DNA of 64,000 bases, taken from assembly GCA_031362725.1 (NCBI GenBank), contig JANLTC010000243.1:16466-80465 (forward strand), in the 5' to 3' direction. The first letter of the stretch is position 1, and each line of letters begins with the position of its first letter. The DNA is from Deltaproteobacteria bacterium (GTDB lineage: Bacteria; Myxococcota_A; UBA9160; PR03). The position numbers and the translations under genes are program-made. Below, one piece after another: positions 19,254 to 28,737 of the stretch. The notes below the pieces were generated by a model, which was not told the DNA's origin, ran no database searches, and saw only the letters and a program-made list of their open reading frames with translations.

Positions 19254-20741
19254 TCATCGCGCGGGAAGTCGCGTCGAGGACTGCACGAAACGGTAGTCGG
19301 CCCACTTCGGGCGGCGTGTGCGGCGCCAGTAGTCGGTGGTGAAGCCGGACCAGTTGTTGACGACCTTGCCCGACGCGGTCTTGTACCAACTCGCGCATCC
19401 GGCGGTCCACGCGGTCTTCGCGAGCGCCGCCTGGAGCTCGCGGTTGAAGCGGTCCATCACGTCGCGACGCACGTCGAGCCACGAGAGGTGGCGCTTGCGC
19501 AGTTCCGCGATGCACTGCAACGCGTAGCCAACCTGACACTCGATCATGAAGATGATCGAGTTGTGGCCGAGGTTGGTGTTCGGGCCGTAGAGCAGGAACA
19601 GGTTTGGGAAGCCCGCGACCGTGATGCCGAGATACGCATCGGCGCCGTCGCGCCAGACTTCGTCGAGCTTCGCGCCGCCGAGACCCTCGATCGTGAGCGG
19701 CGCCAGGAACGTGGTGGTCTCGAAGCCGGTGCCGAAGACGATCGTATCGGCCGCTCGCGCGACGCCATCCTGCGTGACGACGGCATTGCGCGTCACCTGT
19801 GCGATCGGTTCGTCGACGACTTCGACGTTCGGCCGCACCAGCGCCTGGTAGTAGTCGTCGGAGATCAGGATGCGCTTGCAGCCGATCGGGTAGTCGGGCG
19901 TCAGCTTCGCGCGCAGCACCGGATCGCCCACCTGCGCGTGCAGATACGCGGTCGCGATGCGCGTCATCCGGCGCGAGAACCAGCTGTCGCGGAGAAACGC
20001 CAGGAAACGGATCTCGAGCATCGACCAGATCAGCGCGCGGAGTGCGCGCAGCAGCAGCGGATGGCGCCGCAAGCGCGCCTTGTCGGCCTCGCTGAACTTG
20101 CGGTCGTTGCGCGGGATCACCCAGTTCGCCGAGCGCTGGAAGACCGTCACGCGTGCGGCGGTCTTTGCGATCTCCGGGATGAACTGCAGCGCGCTCGCGC
20201 CATTGCCGATCACCGCGACGCGCTCGCCGCTCGTGTCGTGGTCGTGATCCCAGCGCGCCGAGTGGAAGCTCGTGCCCTCGAACGACGACAGGCCCGGGAT
20301 CTCCGGGACGTGCGGGCGATTCAGTTGTCCGAGCCCGCAGACCAGCGCCTTCGCGGTGATCTCTTCGCCACCGCCAGTGCGGACCCGCCACACGCCGGCG
20401 TGTTCGTCGAAGCTCGCGCCGGTGATCTCGACGCCGAAGCGGATCTGCGCGAGCACTTGATACTTCTCCGCGCAGTGACGCAGGTAGCGCTGGATCTCGG
20501 GTTGCGGCGAAAACGCGCGACTCCACTCCGGGTTCGGCTCGAACGAGAACGAATACAGATGCGAGGGAACGTCGCAGCCGGAGCCCGGATACGAGTTGTC
20601 GAGCCAGGTGCCGCCGACGTCGTGCGACTTCTCGAAGATCGCGAACGACGGGATGCCCGCCTTGCGCAGCTGGATCGCCATGCAGAGGCCCGACACGCCC
20701 GCGCCGAGGATTGCGACTTCGAGATGCTGCTCGTTCGCCAT
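19254..20741 (-). CDS. Baeyer-Villiger (flavin-containing) monooxygenase
   Basis: FAD motif GAGVSGL, BVMO fingerprint FEGTSFHSARWD, and second Rossmann VAVIGNGASA. Confidence 0.85.
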   Translation of the reverse strand: MANEQHLEVAILGAGVSGLCMAIQLRKAGIPSFAIFEKSHDVGGTWLDNSYPGSGCDVPSHLYSFSFEPNPEWSRAFSPQPEIQRYLRHCAEKYQVLAQIRFGVEITGASFDEHAGVWRVRTGGGEEITAKALVCGLGQLNRPHVPEIPGLSSFEGTSFHSARWDHDHDTSGERVAVIGNGASALQFIPEIAKTAARVTVFQRSANWVIPRNDRKFSEADKARLRRHPLLLRALRALIWSMLEIRFLAFLRDSWFSRRMTRIATAYLHAQVGDPVLRAKLTPDYPIGCKRILISDDYYQALVRPNVEVVDEPIAQVTRNAVVTQDGVARAADTIVFGTGFETTTFLAPLTIEGLGGAKLDEVWRDGADAYLGITVAGFPNLFLLYGPNTNLGHNSIIFMIECQVGYALQCIAELRKRHLSWLDVRRDVMDRFNRELQAALAKTAWTAGCASWYKTASGKVVNNWSGFTTDYWRRTRRPKWADYRFVQSSTRLPAR

Positions 20742-20750
20742 CCGCCGACG

Positions 20751-21497
20751 CTAACTCATGGTGAGGCCGCCGCTCACCGAGAGCGTCTGGCCGGTGATGT
20801 AGGCCGCTGCGTCCGAAGCGAGGAACGCGACCGCGGGCGCGACGTCGTCTGGCCGACCGAGGCGCCGCATCGGAATCGCGCGTTCGAGCGCCTGCGTGAT
20901 GCGGTCGCCGGCGTCGGTGGACTCGGCGAGACCACGGAACAGCGGCGTGTCGGTGGGACCCGGGCACACGCAGTTCGCGGTGATGCCGTGGCGCACGACT
21001 TCGCGCGCGATCGACTTCGCGAGCGCGAGCAGGCCACCCTTCGCCGCGGCGTAGATCGCTTCGCCCGAGGATCCGACACGGCCCGCGTCCGACGACACCA
21101 GCACGATGCGGCCGAAGTTCGCCTCGATCATGTCGGGCAGCACCGCGCGCGCGACGCGGATCGGCCCGCCGAGGTTGATCTCCAGTACGCGCGCCTGGAA
21201 CGGTTCGTCGGTCTCGACGAATGGACGCAACAGGTCCCAGCCGGCGCACGAGACCAGCACGGTCACCGGGCCGAGCCGGTCGCGCACCGCGGCGAGCGCG
21301 AGGTCGACCGAGTCCGGGTCAGCGACGTCGATCGGCACGCCGAGCCCGCCGATCTCTGCGGCGAGCAGCGCGGCGCCCTCGCCGTCGAGATCCGCGACGG
21401 CCACCGTGCGTCCCTGCGCAGCGAGTGCGCGACACACCGCCGCGCCGATCGCGCCGACTCCGCCGGTGACGAGTGCAACGCGCGGGCTCGCGGTCAT
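20751..21497 (-). CDS. SDR-family oxidoreductase
   Basis: VTGGVGAIG motif and catalytic YAAAK. Confidence 0.85.
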   Translation of the reverse strand: MTASPRVALVTGGVGAIGAAVCRALAAQGRTVAVADLDGEGAALLAAEIGGLGVPIDVADPDSVDLALAAVRDRLGPVTVLVSCAGWDLLRPFVETDEPFQARVLEINLGGPIRVARAVLPDMIEANFGRIVLVSSDAGRVGSSGEAIYAAAKGGLLALAKSIAREVVRHGITANCVCPGPTDTPLFRGLAESTDAGDRITQALERAIPMRRLGRPDDVAPAVAFLASDAAAYITGQTLSVSGGLTMS

Positions 21498-21501
21498 CGC
21501 G

Positions 21502-22299
21502 TCACTTCCTGTGCTTGGAGAAATCCGGCTTGCGCTTCGCCGCGAACGCTTCGATGCCTTCGCGCGCCTCGGGTGTATCGACGAACAGATCGAGGCCCGC
21601 GAACGCGAGCGTGCCGATGCCGGCGATCGACTCGGTGTCGGCGTTGAACGAGTGCTTCAGGAAGCGCAGCGCGGTGGGGCTCTTCTCGAGGATCTCGTCG
21701 GCCCAGCGCCGCACCTCGGCGCGCAGCTCCGTGCCCGACACGACCGCGTTCACGAGCCCCCAGTTCAGCATCGTCGCGGCGTCGTACTGCCGGCACAGGT
21801 ACCAGACCTCGCGCGCGCGCTTGTCGCCGAGGATCCGAGCGAGGTAGGCCGAGCCGAAGCCCGCATCGAACGAGCCGACGCGCGGCCCGGCTTGCCCGAA
21901 GCGCGCGTGCTCGGCGGCGATCGTGAGATCGCAAAGCACGTGCAGCACGTGACCGCCGCCGATCGCGATGCCATTCACCGCGGCGATCACCGGCTTCGGG
22001 ATGTCGCGGATCACGCGATGCAGCGTCTCGATCTCGAAGAGGCCCGACTCGGACGGACCGTAGTCGCCGGTCTCCTCGCGCTGCTTCTGGTCGCCACCGG
22101 CGCAGAACGCCTTGTCGCCGGCGCCGGTCAGCACGACGACGCCGACCGTCGCATCGGCCCACGCCGCCTTGAAGCACGCGATCAATTCATCGACGGTGTG
22201 TGCGCGGAACGCGTTGTAGCGCTCGGGCCGGTTGATCGTGATCCAGGCGACGCCGCGCTCGACTTCGTAGGCGACGTCGGTGAGCGCGGCCAGGTTCAC
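21502..22299 (-). CDS. crotonase-superfamily enzyme, MenB/BadI-like
   Basis: ORF trimmed to GTG 22299, which overlaps the upstream stop as GTGA. AFCAGGDQK and GPRVGSFDAGFGSAYLAR motifs. Confidence 0.8.
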   Translation of the reverse strand: MNLAALTDVAYEVERGVAWITINRPERYNAFRAHTVDELIACFKAAWADATVGVVVLTGAGDKAFCAGGDQKQREETGDYGPSESGLFEIETLHRVIRDIPKPVIAAVNGIAIGGGHVLHVLCDLTIAAEHARFGQAGPRVGSFDAGFGSAYLARILGDKRAREVWYLCRQYDAATMLNWGLVNAVVSGTELRAEVRRWADEILEKSPTALRFLKHSFNADTESIAGIGTLAFAGLDLFVDTPEAREGIEAFAAKRKPDFSKHRK

Positions 22300-23507
22300 G
22301 CGAGCGTCAACTCGAGCACCGCATCGAGTGCGGGCCACAGATCTTCTTCCGGGATGTTCAGCGCCGGGAAGAGTCGCAACACGGTGCCGGCCGTGACGTT
22401 CACCAGCACGCCGCGATCGATTGCACGGCGTGAGAGCGTGGCTGCGGCGTCCGCATCGAGCAGATCCATGCCGAGCAGCAGCCCGCGGCCGCGCGCGCGC
22501 GCTGCGACGGTCGGATGCTTCGCCGCAAAGCGTTCGAGGTGCGCCAGCACGCGCCCGCCGAGTTCCGCGGTGCGCTCGATGAGGCCGTCTTCTTCGATCA
22601 CGCGCAGCACGGTGTTCGCCGCTGCGCACGCGAGCGGATTGCCCGCGTAGGTACCGCCGTGATCGCCGAGAGACACGGTCTTCGCGACATCTTCGGTGCA
22701 CAGCAAGCCCGCGATCGGGAAGCCGCCACCGAGCCCCTTGCCGAGTGTGATCGCGTCCGGCACGCACTCCAATGTTCCGGAGGGCTTCGCGTCGTGTTCG
22801 AGCGCGAGCCACTTGCCGGTGCGGCCGATGCCGGTCTGGATCTCGTCGAGCACCAGCAGCGCGCCGGCTTTGCGCGTCAGCTCGCGCAGGCCGGCGAGAT
22901 AGCCCGGCGGCGCGATGTTGACGCCGCCTTCGCCTTGCACCGGCTCGACGACGAACGCCGCGGTGTTGTCGCCGATCGCGCGGCGCGCAGCGTCGAGATC
23001 GCCGAACGGAACGAAGCAGCCCTCCTGCACGATGCGCTGGTACGGCGAGCGGTGTTTCTCCTGCCCGATGATCGACAGCGCGCCGAGCGTGCGGCCGTGA
23101 AACGAGTTCGTGGTCGAGACAAATTTGGTCCGCCCGGTGGCGCGGTGCGCGAGCTTCAGCGCGCCGTCCATCGCCTCGGCGCCCGAGGAGACGAAGAAGC
23201 AGCGCGTCAGCGCATCGGGCACGACGCCGAGCAGCCGCTCGCAGAGGTCGAGCTGCGGCAGCGTGTAGAAAAGATTGGTGGTCTGCATCAGCCGGCCGGC
23301 CTGCTCGGCGATCGCCTGGACCAGCGCGGGGTGCGAGTGGCCGATCGCGGTGACGCCCCAGCCACCCGTGAGATCGACGTACTCGCGCCCATCGGCGTCC
23401 GTCACGCGTGAGCCGCGGCCCGACGCGATCGCGACCGGCAGGCGCTTCACGACCGGCAGGAAGGAGCGCGCCTCGCGCGCCACGATGTCATCGAAATGCG
23501 TGCCCAA
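22296..23507 (-). CDS. class III PLP aminotransferase (acetylornithine/GABA aminotransferase-like)
   Basis: 403-aa ORF with LVLDEIQTGIGRTG and PLP-lysine context TLGKGLGGGFP. Confidence 0.85.
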   Translation of the reverse strand: MGTHFDDIVAREARSFLPVVKRLPVAIASGRGSRVTDADGREYVDLTGGWGVTAIGHSHPALVQAIAEQAGRLMQTTNLFYTLPQLDLCERLLGVVPDALTRCFFVSSGAEAMDGALKLAHRATGRTKFVSTTNSFHGRTLGALSIIGQEKHRSPYQRIVQEGCFVPFGDLDAARRAIGDNTAAFVVEPVQGEGGVNIAPPGYLAGLRELTRKAGALLVLDEIQTGIGRTGKWLALEHDAKPSGTLECVPDAITLGKGLGGGFPIAGLLCTEDVAKTVSLGDHGGTYAGNPLACAAANTVLRVIEEDGLIERTAELGGRVLAHLERFAAKHPTVAARARGRGLLLGMDLLDADAAATLSRRAIDRGVLVNVTAGTVLRLFPALNIPEEDLWPALDAVLELTLA

Positions 23508-23584
23508 TCAATCCTCCACGTCGATCCGTCCCGAGCGTCGGGCGAGCGTCGGGCGAGATTCGAGGCTCGCGCCGGCTGCGTCAA

Positions 23585-23686
23585 CCCCGCCGCAAGCGGA
23601 GCGCGCAGCGAGCCGCAGGCGAGCGAAGTTCATCAGGACGCAGCAGCGCGGCGCACCCGGGCGGCGAGCGAGCGATGTTCATGAGC
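23585..23686 (+). repeat. tandem pair of the dispersed repeat (D1 23585-23639 good copy, D2 23640-23686 degenerate)
   Basis: D1 contains GCGCGCAGCGAGCCGCAGGCGAGCGAAGTTCATCAGGAC. D2 ends GCGAGCGAGCGATGTTCATGAGC, 15 nt before moaA. Confidence 0.7.
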
Positions 23687-23701
23687 TAGGCTGGCGAGGT
23701 G

Positions 23702-24715
23702 ATGACGCCCCCCCTCGAAACCAGCTCGCTGCTCACCGACGGCTGGAACCGCTCGATCACGAATCTCCGCATCTCGGTGACGGATCGCTGCAACTTCCGC
23801 TGCGTCTACTGCATCCCCGACGAGAACATCGAGTGGCTGCCGCGCGGGCAGATCGCGTCGCTGGAAGAGCTGGGGCGCATCGCGCGAATCGCCGTCGGAC
23901 TCGGCGTGCGCAAGCTCCGCATCACCGGCGGCGAGCCGCTGTTGCGCAAGAACCTGCCGAGCCTCGTCGCCGAGCTGGCGGCGCTGCCAGGTCTCGACGA
24001 CATCGCGCTCACCACCAACGGAACGGAGCTCCCGCGCCTCGCGCGCGACCTCGCCGAAGCCGGCCTCGAGCGCGTCAACGTGAGTCTCGACTCACTCGAT
24101 CGCGCCACCTTCGCGAAGCTCGCGCAGCGCGACATGCTCCCGGACGTATTGGCCGGCATCGATGCCGCGGTCGCCGCGGGTCTGACGCCGCTCAGCATCA
24201 ACTGCGTCGCGATCCGCGGCACCAACGATCACGAAGCGGTGGCGTTCGCAAGATTCGCCCGCGAGCGCGGCTTCGAAGTGCGTTTCATCGAGTTCATGCC
24301 GCTCGAGCACGGCCAGCGCTGGGGTGAACACGCGCTGGTGCCGGGTCACGAACTGCGCGATCGCGTCGACGCGGTCTTTCCGCTGAAGCCAGCGCCCGAT
24401 TCCGATCCGCACGCGCCGAGCAAGGACTGGATCTTCGCCGACGGCGCACCCGGCGTGATGGGCTTCATCGATTCCGTCAGCGCACCGTTCTGCGACACCT
24501 GCAATCGCATCCGCCTCACCGCCGACGGCAAGCTCCGCACCTGTCTCTTCTCACTGAACGAGCACGACCTCCTCGGCCCGATGCGCGCAGGAGCGTCGGA
24601 TGAGCAAGTCGCCGCATTGTTGCGAGCCGCCGTCAGCACCAAAGAGCTGAAGCACCACATCACCGACGGCCTCTTCGTGAAGCCGCAGCGGACGATGTCC
24701 CAGATCGGGGGTTAG
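23702..24715 (+). CDS. moaA: GTP 3',8-cyclase MoaA (radical SAM)
   Basis: CNFRCVYC radical-SAM cluster and C-terminal CDTCNRIRLTADGKLRTC second-cluster motif. Confidence 0.9.
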   Translation: MTPPLETSSLLTDGWNRSITNLRISVTDRCNFRCVYCIPDENIEWLPRGQIASLEELGRIARIAVGLGVRKLRITGGEPLLRKNLPSLVAELAALPGLDDIALTTNGTELPRLARDLAEAGLERVNVSLDSLDRATFAKLAQRDMLPDVLAGIDAAVAAGLTPLSINCVAIRGTNDHEAVAFARFARERGFEVRFIEFMPLEHGQRWGEHALVPGHELRDRVDAVFPLKPAPDSDPHAPSKDWIFADGAPGVMGFIDSVSAPFCDTCNRIRLTADGKLRTCLFSLNEHDLLGPMRAGASDEQVAALLRAAVSTKELKHHITDGLFVKPQRTMSQIGG

Positions 24716-24717
24716 TC

Positions 24718-25092
24718 GTGAGCGACACCATCCTGCTCGAAGGCATCCAGGTTCCGGCCGCACTCGGCGTCACCGCGGCGGAGCGGCGCATGCGCCGGCC
24801 GGTGCTGCTCGACATCGAGGTCGAGTACGACCTGCGCGCCTCCGGTCGCAGCGACCGGATCGGCAACACGCTCCACTACAAACGCATCTTCGAGGTGGTG
24901 GAAGACGTCGCGGCGAACCAGGAACACAAGCTAGTGGAAGCGCTCGGCGAGCGGATCGCACGCGCGGTGCTGGAGAAGTTCGACGCGCCGGCGATCACCG
25001 TGACGGTGCGCAAGCCGAAGCCGATCAACGGCGTGCTCGAGCATGCGGGCGTTCGGATGCGGCGCACGCGGAAGGATCTCGGGCTGGGCTGA
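24718..25092 (+). CDS. folB: dihydroneopterin aldolase-like (FolB family)
   Basis: 124 aa. FolB-like pattern ILLEGI..ALGVTAAER...LDIEV...D.IGNTLHYKRI...VTVRKPKP. Confidence 0.7.
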   Translation: MSDTILLEGIQVPAALGVTAAERRMRRPVLLDIEVEYDLRASGRSDRIGNTLHYKRIFEVVEDVAANQEHKLVEALGERIARAVLEKFDAPAITVTVRKPKPINGVLEHAGVRMRRTRKDLGLG

Positions 25093-25221
25093 GCTTCGCG
25101 CGTGGGTCGCTCGCGCAGGGCAAAGGTTGCGTTGGGCTGGGCGCGGGCGCCCAGATCCCGAATGCCCGCGGCCCCGCCGCTCGCTTGAGAAGCGCCGTCG
25201 TCGGCACCTACACTCCGCTCC

Positions 25222-26130
25222 ATGAAACCGTCTCCCGACCGGACTCCGCTTCGCCTCGTGTGGTTGCTTCCGCTGCTTCAGAGCGGCTGCGGCGCGCTCG
25301 ACTCGCTCCTCTACGAGCCGCCCATCACTCCCGCGCAATGGTGCCAGCAGCGGCCGTGCGTCGAACTCGCCAGCGGAAGCATCCTGAACGAGCCCTTCGG
25401 CACCACGCTGGTGTTCTTTCTTGCCGGGCTCTGGATCGCGGCCGGCATCTACGAACTCGGGATCCGTGACGCCCAGAACTCCCGCGCGTGGCTCGCGATT
25501 GCGCTGATCCTCGGCGGCGTCGGCGCCGCACTCGCGGGCACGAGCTTCCAGGCCTTCAGTTACGAACTGAAGTGCGCCGGACGCGAGCGCTGCCTGTGGA
25601 CCAACGGTTTCGAGATCGGATACAACCTGGCGCAGGCGGCCAGCGTGAGCGCGATGCTGATCGCCGTTGCGTACGCTTGCACCACGCGGGGCTGGCGCCG
25701 CGGGCTGATCGGGTACGCGATCGGGAACGTCATCGCCTACTGCGCGGTGTCGGCGATCGGTGTCGAACGCGCCGACCGTTTCCTGCTTTCATTCGACATG
25801 CTGATGCTGTTCGCGCTGCCCGGCTTGATCGCGGTGCTCGCGATCAGCGGTGAGCGCTACCGGCGCCGCCGCGAGGCCATGGATCTCGCGCTCCTCGGGG
25901 CGGGGGTCTGGCTCGTGGTCACCTTCGCCGCCTACTACGGCTACTACGCAGCCGGCCTCACGCAGACGTTCTGGGAAGGTGGACGAGGCTTCTACTTCTC
26001 GGAGAACGACGTTCTGCACATCGGCATGGTGATCTGGATCATCTATGTCGTGATCTTCCTGGCAAGGCGGATCCGCGACGTTGACGAATCGGCGGACGAC
26101 GGCGGCGCGCTCCGTAGAGTGGCGAGGTGA
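25222..26130 (+). CDS. polytopic (about 7 TM) membrane protein with lipoprotein-type signal, unknown function
   Basis: 302-aa ORF with LLPLLQSGC lipobox-like signal and multiple hydrophobic spans. Confidence 0.6.
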   Translation: MKPSPDRTPLRLVWLLPLLQSGCGALDSLLYEPPITPAQWCQQRPCVELASGSILNEPFGTTLVFFLAGLWIAAGIYELGIRDAQNSRAWLAIALILGGVGAALAGTSFQAFSYELKCAGRERCLWTNGFEIGYNLAQAASVSAMLIAVAYACTTRGWRRGLIGYAIGNVIAYCAVSAIGVERADRFLLSFDMLMLFALPGLIAVLAISGERYRRRREAMDLALLGAGVWLVVTFAAYYGYYAAGLTQTFWEGGRGFYFSENDVLHIGMVIWIIYVVIFLARRIRDVDESADDGGALRRVAR

Positions 26131-26403
26131 CGGGGGCGCGTTTGTCGGTGCGCGGCCCGATGCCGAGCAAGAGCCTCCGGGCAATCACGCAGCGCCTCGG
26201 GCTGCCGACCGCTCGGGTCTGGCGACCGACACTTTCAGGGGAAGCGACCGACACCATCTTCGTCGCGACCGAGTACGCGGGCCTCGTCGCCAGGGCGGAT
26301 GCGCAGGCGAAACTCCGGGCCGACGCCGAAGCGACCAAGCTGCTGCGCGACATCGACGCGAGCACCGGCGATCGCACCGCGGTGATGCCATCCGAAGGCG
26401 CGG

Positions 26404-27033
26404 TCAGCGCGACGTCGCGACCGGATCGATGCCGCGCAGTGCGTCGAGGCAGGTGCCGAGTTCTGGCGTGGGCTGCCAACCGCAGGATCCGGCGGGTCCG
26501 AAGTGACCGCAGCGGGCCGCTCGGAAGCACGCGTAGTAGGGGAGCCATTCGCAGCTGCTGGCAATGGGCTCCTCGGCGCAGAACTGGTCCGAGCAGCCAC
26601 CGACGACGCACTCCGTCTCGGCGACCTCGAACGCGTTGCTGGCGATCTCGGCGATCACCTCGCAGTGGTCGTCACCAAGCGGCGCTGCTTCGCTACAGCC
26701 GGCGCCGACCCGGTAGCGAAGCCGCCAGGTTCCGGGCTCGCGCGCGCGGATCGAGTCGGTCACGAGACCGCCGGGAGCAACCGGGCTCGCGTAGCCTTCC
26801 CACACGCAGACTGCGTCGGGCCCTTGCGACACCCAGTTGTTCCCGATGCGCTTCTCGTAGTCGAAGTGCCCGCAGCCGCCGAGGTACAGCGTGGCGCTCA
26901 GCTGGTTCTGGAAGGTCGCGACGCCGCTCTCGCCAACTTGGTAGCGGTCGCGATCCGTCGCGGGTCCGCATGCGGTGAGCAGCAGCGCGAGCACCAGAGC
27001 GCCGGCTCGGATCGTCTGCGACTGGATCGCCAT
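26404..27033 (-). CDS. Cys-rich secreted lipoprotein, unknown function
   Basis: Signal plus lipobox LLLTAC. 16 Cys in the mature part, with a dense C-terminal cluster CVVGGCSDQFC...CEW..YYAC..ARC...SCGW.....TC. Confidence 0.65.
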   Translation of the reverse strand: MAIQSQTIRAGALVLALLLTACGPATDRDRYQVGESGVATFQNQLSATLYLGGCGHFDYEKRIGNNWVSQGPDAVCVWEGYASPVAPGGLVTDSIRAREPGTWRLRYRVGAGCSEAAPLGDDHCEVIAEIASNAFEVAETECVVGGCSDQFCAEEPIASSCEWLPYYACFRAARCGHFGPAGSCGWQPTPELGTCLDALRGIDPVATSR

Positions 27034-27165
27034 GCTGGGTTCCGCCTCCCCGCCCGATCACGCTAGCGCGCCCGGCGCTCGGGAGTGCCGTTGCGGTCCC
27101 TCAGCTGAGTTGACTCGGCTGCGGCGAGGGAAGAGCATGCGACCGGGGAACTGGAGGGTCGCAAC

Positions 27166-27405
27166 GTGAAGCCGTCCGCATCGTCGCTGCGCATCGCGTG
27201 GAGCGCAGTTCTTCTCTCGAGCCTGCGGCTGGCCGCTCGCTGCCCGGTCCCCGGCCAGACCTTCTCTCCCTCCGCCGATGGCGCGCGCAGCTTCGGCGCG
27301 GCCGTCTCGTTCGCGGTGCCCGAGCCCGAAGCGACGGGCGGTCACTCGATCGCCTTCCCCGCGCGCACTGCGCTTCGATGCGGTTCTCGCGTCGCGCGCA
27401 GCTAG
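27166..27405 (+). CDS. possible small secreted protein (79 aa)
   Basis: GGAGGG 7 nt before the GTG. Signal-peptide-like N-terminus MKPSASSLRIAWSAVLLSSLRLAA. High GC3 in an otherwise 400-bp divergent spacer. Confidence 0.35.
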   Translation: MKPSASSLRIAWSAVLLSSLRLAARCPVPGQTFSPSADGARSFGAAVSFAVPEPEATGGHSIAFPARTALRCGSRVARS

Positions 27406-27438
27406 CAAGCGTCTCCCCAGCAGCAGACGCCGGGCACG

Positions 27439-28569
27439 ATGGAGCGACACCGGTTCATCTACTTCGACTCGCTGCGGGCGCTCGCTGCGCTCGCCGTGTT
27501 GGGCTTGCACGTGGGCGTCATGTCCGGCGCGAACGCGCGAGCCGCGTACGGACTCTTCACGTCGCATCTCGACGTGGGCGTGACGCTCTTCTTCCTGATC
27601 TCGTCGTTCCTGCTCTACCGCCCCTACGCGGTCGCGCTGCTCGAGGATGCGGTCCCGCCTCGACTCGCGCCGTACGCGCTGCGCCGCCTGCTCCGCGTCG
27701 GGCCCGCCTATTGGGTCGCGCTGACGTTGCTCGCGATCTGGCCCGGCCTGCTCGGTGTCTTCACGCGGGACTGGTGGATCTTCTACGGCTTCGGACAGTC
27801 CTATCTCCCACTCGGCGCTGGACTCGGCATCGGGCCGGCCTGGAGTCTCTCGGTCGAGGTCGCGTACTACGCATTGCTGCCGCTGTTGGCGGCGGGGATC
27901 GCGAAACTGTGTCGCAACCGCCCCACGAGCGATCGCGTGCACATCGCGCTCACTGCGCTCGCCTTGCTCGGTGCCGCGGGCGTCGTGTTTCGGGGTTGGG
28001 TTCATCACGCGGGGTTCCACTTCCTGACCCTCACGCTCCCCTGCCATCTGCTCTGGTTCGCAGCGGGCATGGCGCTCGCAGTCGTGAGCGCCTCCCTTTC
28101 GGGTCGCGAACGAAGCTCTGGGATGGCGCGGATCGTGATCGATCACCCATCCGGGTGTTGGCTTCTCGCCGCTGCGATCTACTCCGTCCTCTGTCTGTCT
28201 CCCGATTTTCGTCGAACGTCGATGGCGCAGTACACGACCGCCGCGGATGCGATGCAGCACGTGCTCTATGGCGTCGTGGCTCTGCTGGTCATGCTTCCCG
28301 CAGTCCTCGCGGAGGAGGCCGGTGGGGCGCCGCAGCGGGTGCTCAGCAGCCGCCCACTCACGGCCCTCGGCGCGATCTCGTACGGCTTCTTTCTCTGGCA
28401 CGCTCCGCTGCTCTTCGCGATGACCGGCCATGGGGTCGATCGCTGGATCCCGAACGCGCGCTTTTTCTCGCTCTGGATCGCGATCCTTCCGGTCGCGATC
28501 GCCTGCGGTTGGCTGAGCTACCGGCTGATCGAGCAGCCGATGATGCGAATCGGGCGAGGGCGCCGCTGA
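27439..28569 (+). CDS. acyltransferase family 3 (OafA-like O-acyltransferase)
   Basis: FDSLRALAALAVLGLH N-terminal motif and about 10 TM spans. Confidence 0.85.
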   Translation: MERHRFIYFDSLRALAALAVLGLHVGVMSGANARAAYGLFTSHLDVGVTLFFLISSFLLYRPYAVALLEDAVPPRLAPYALRRLLRVGPAYWVALTLLAIWPGLLGVFTRDWWIFYGFGQSYLPLGAGLGIGPAWSLSVEVAYYALLPLLAAGIAKLCRNRPTSDRVHIALTALALLGAAGVVFRGWVHHAGFHFLTLTLPCHLLWFAAGMALAVVSASLSGRERSSGMARIVIDHPSGCWLLAAAIYSVLCLSPDFRRTSMAQYTTAADAMQHVLYGVVALLVMLPAVLAEEAGGAPQRVLSSRPLTALGAISYGFFLWHAPLLFAMTGHGVDRWIPNARFFSLWIAILPVAIACGWLSYRLIEQPMMRIGRGRR

Positions 28570-28737
28570 GGCACGAGCTGGCATTGGAACGGGACCTCCG
28601 CTCGGATCGTCGAGCGGACCGCTGCTTACGCGCCATTGCACCGCGTAACCGTGCTCGCACTTCTTCATTGACCGACTGCAAGATCTCCGTACAGTGCACC
28701 CGCTCCGAGGTGCCGGGGGGATCCCATTCGTTCCGAA

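Noticed and set aside
25093-25221. Possible degenerate copy of the dispersed repeat after folB (CCGCCGCTCGCTTGAG)
   Set aside because: Only about 12 nt resemble the core, which is indistinguishable from chance in this composition.
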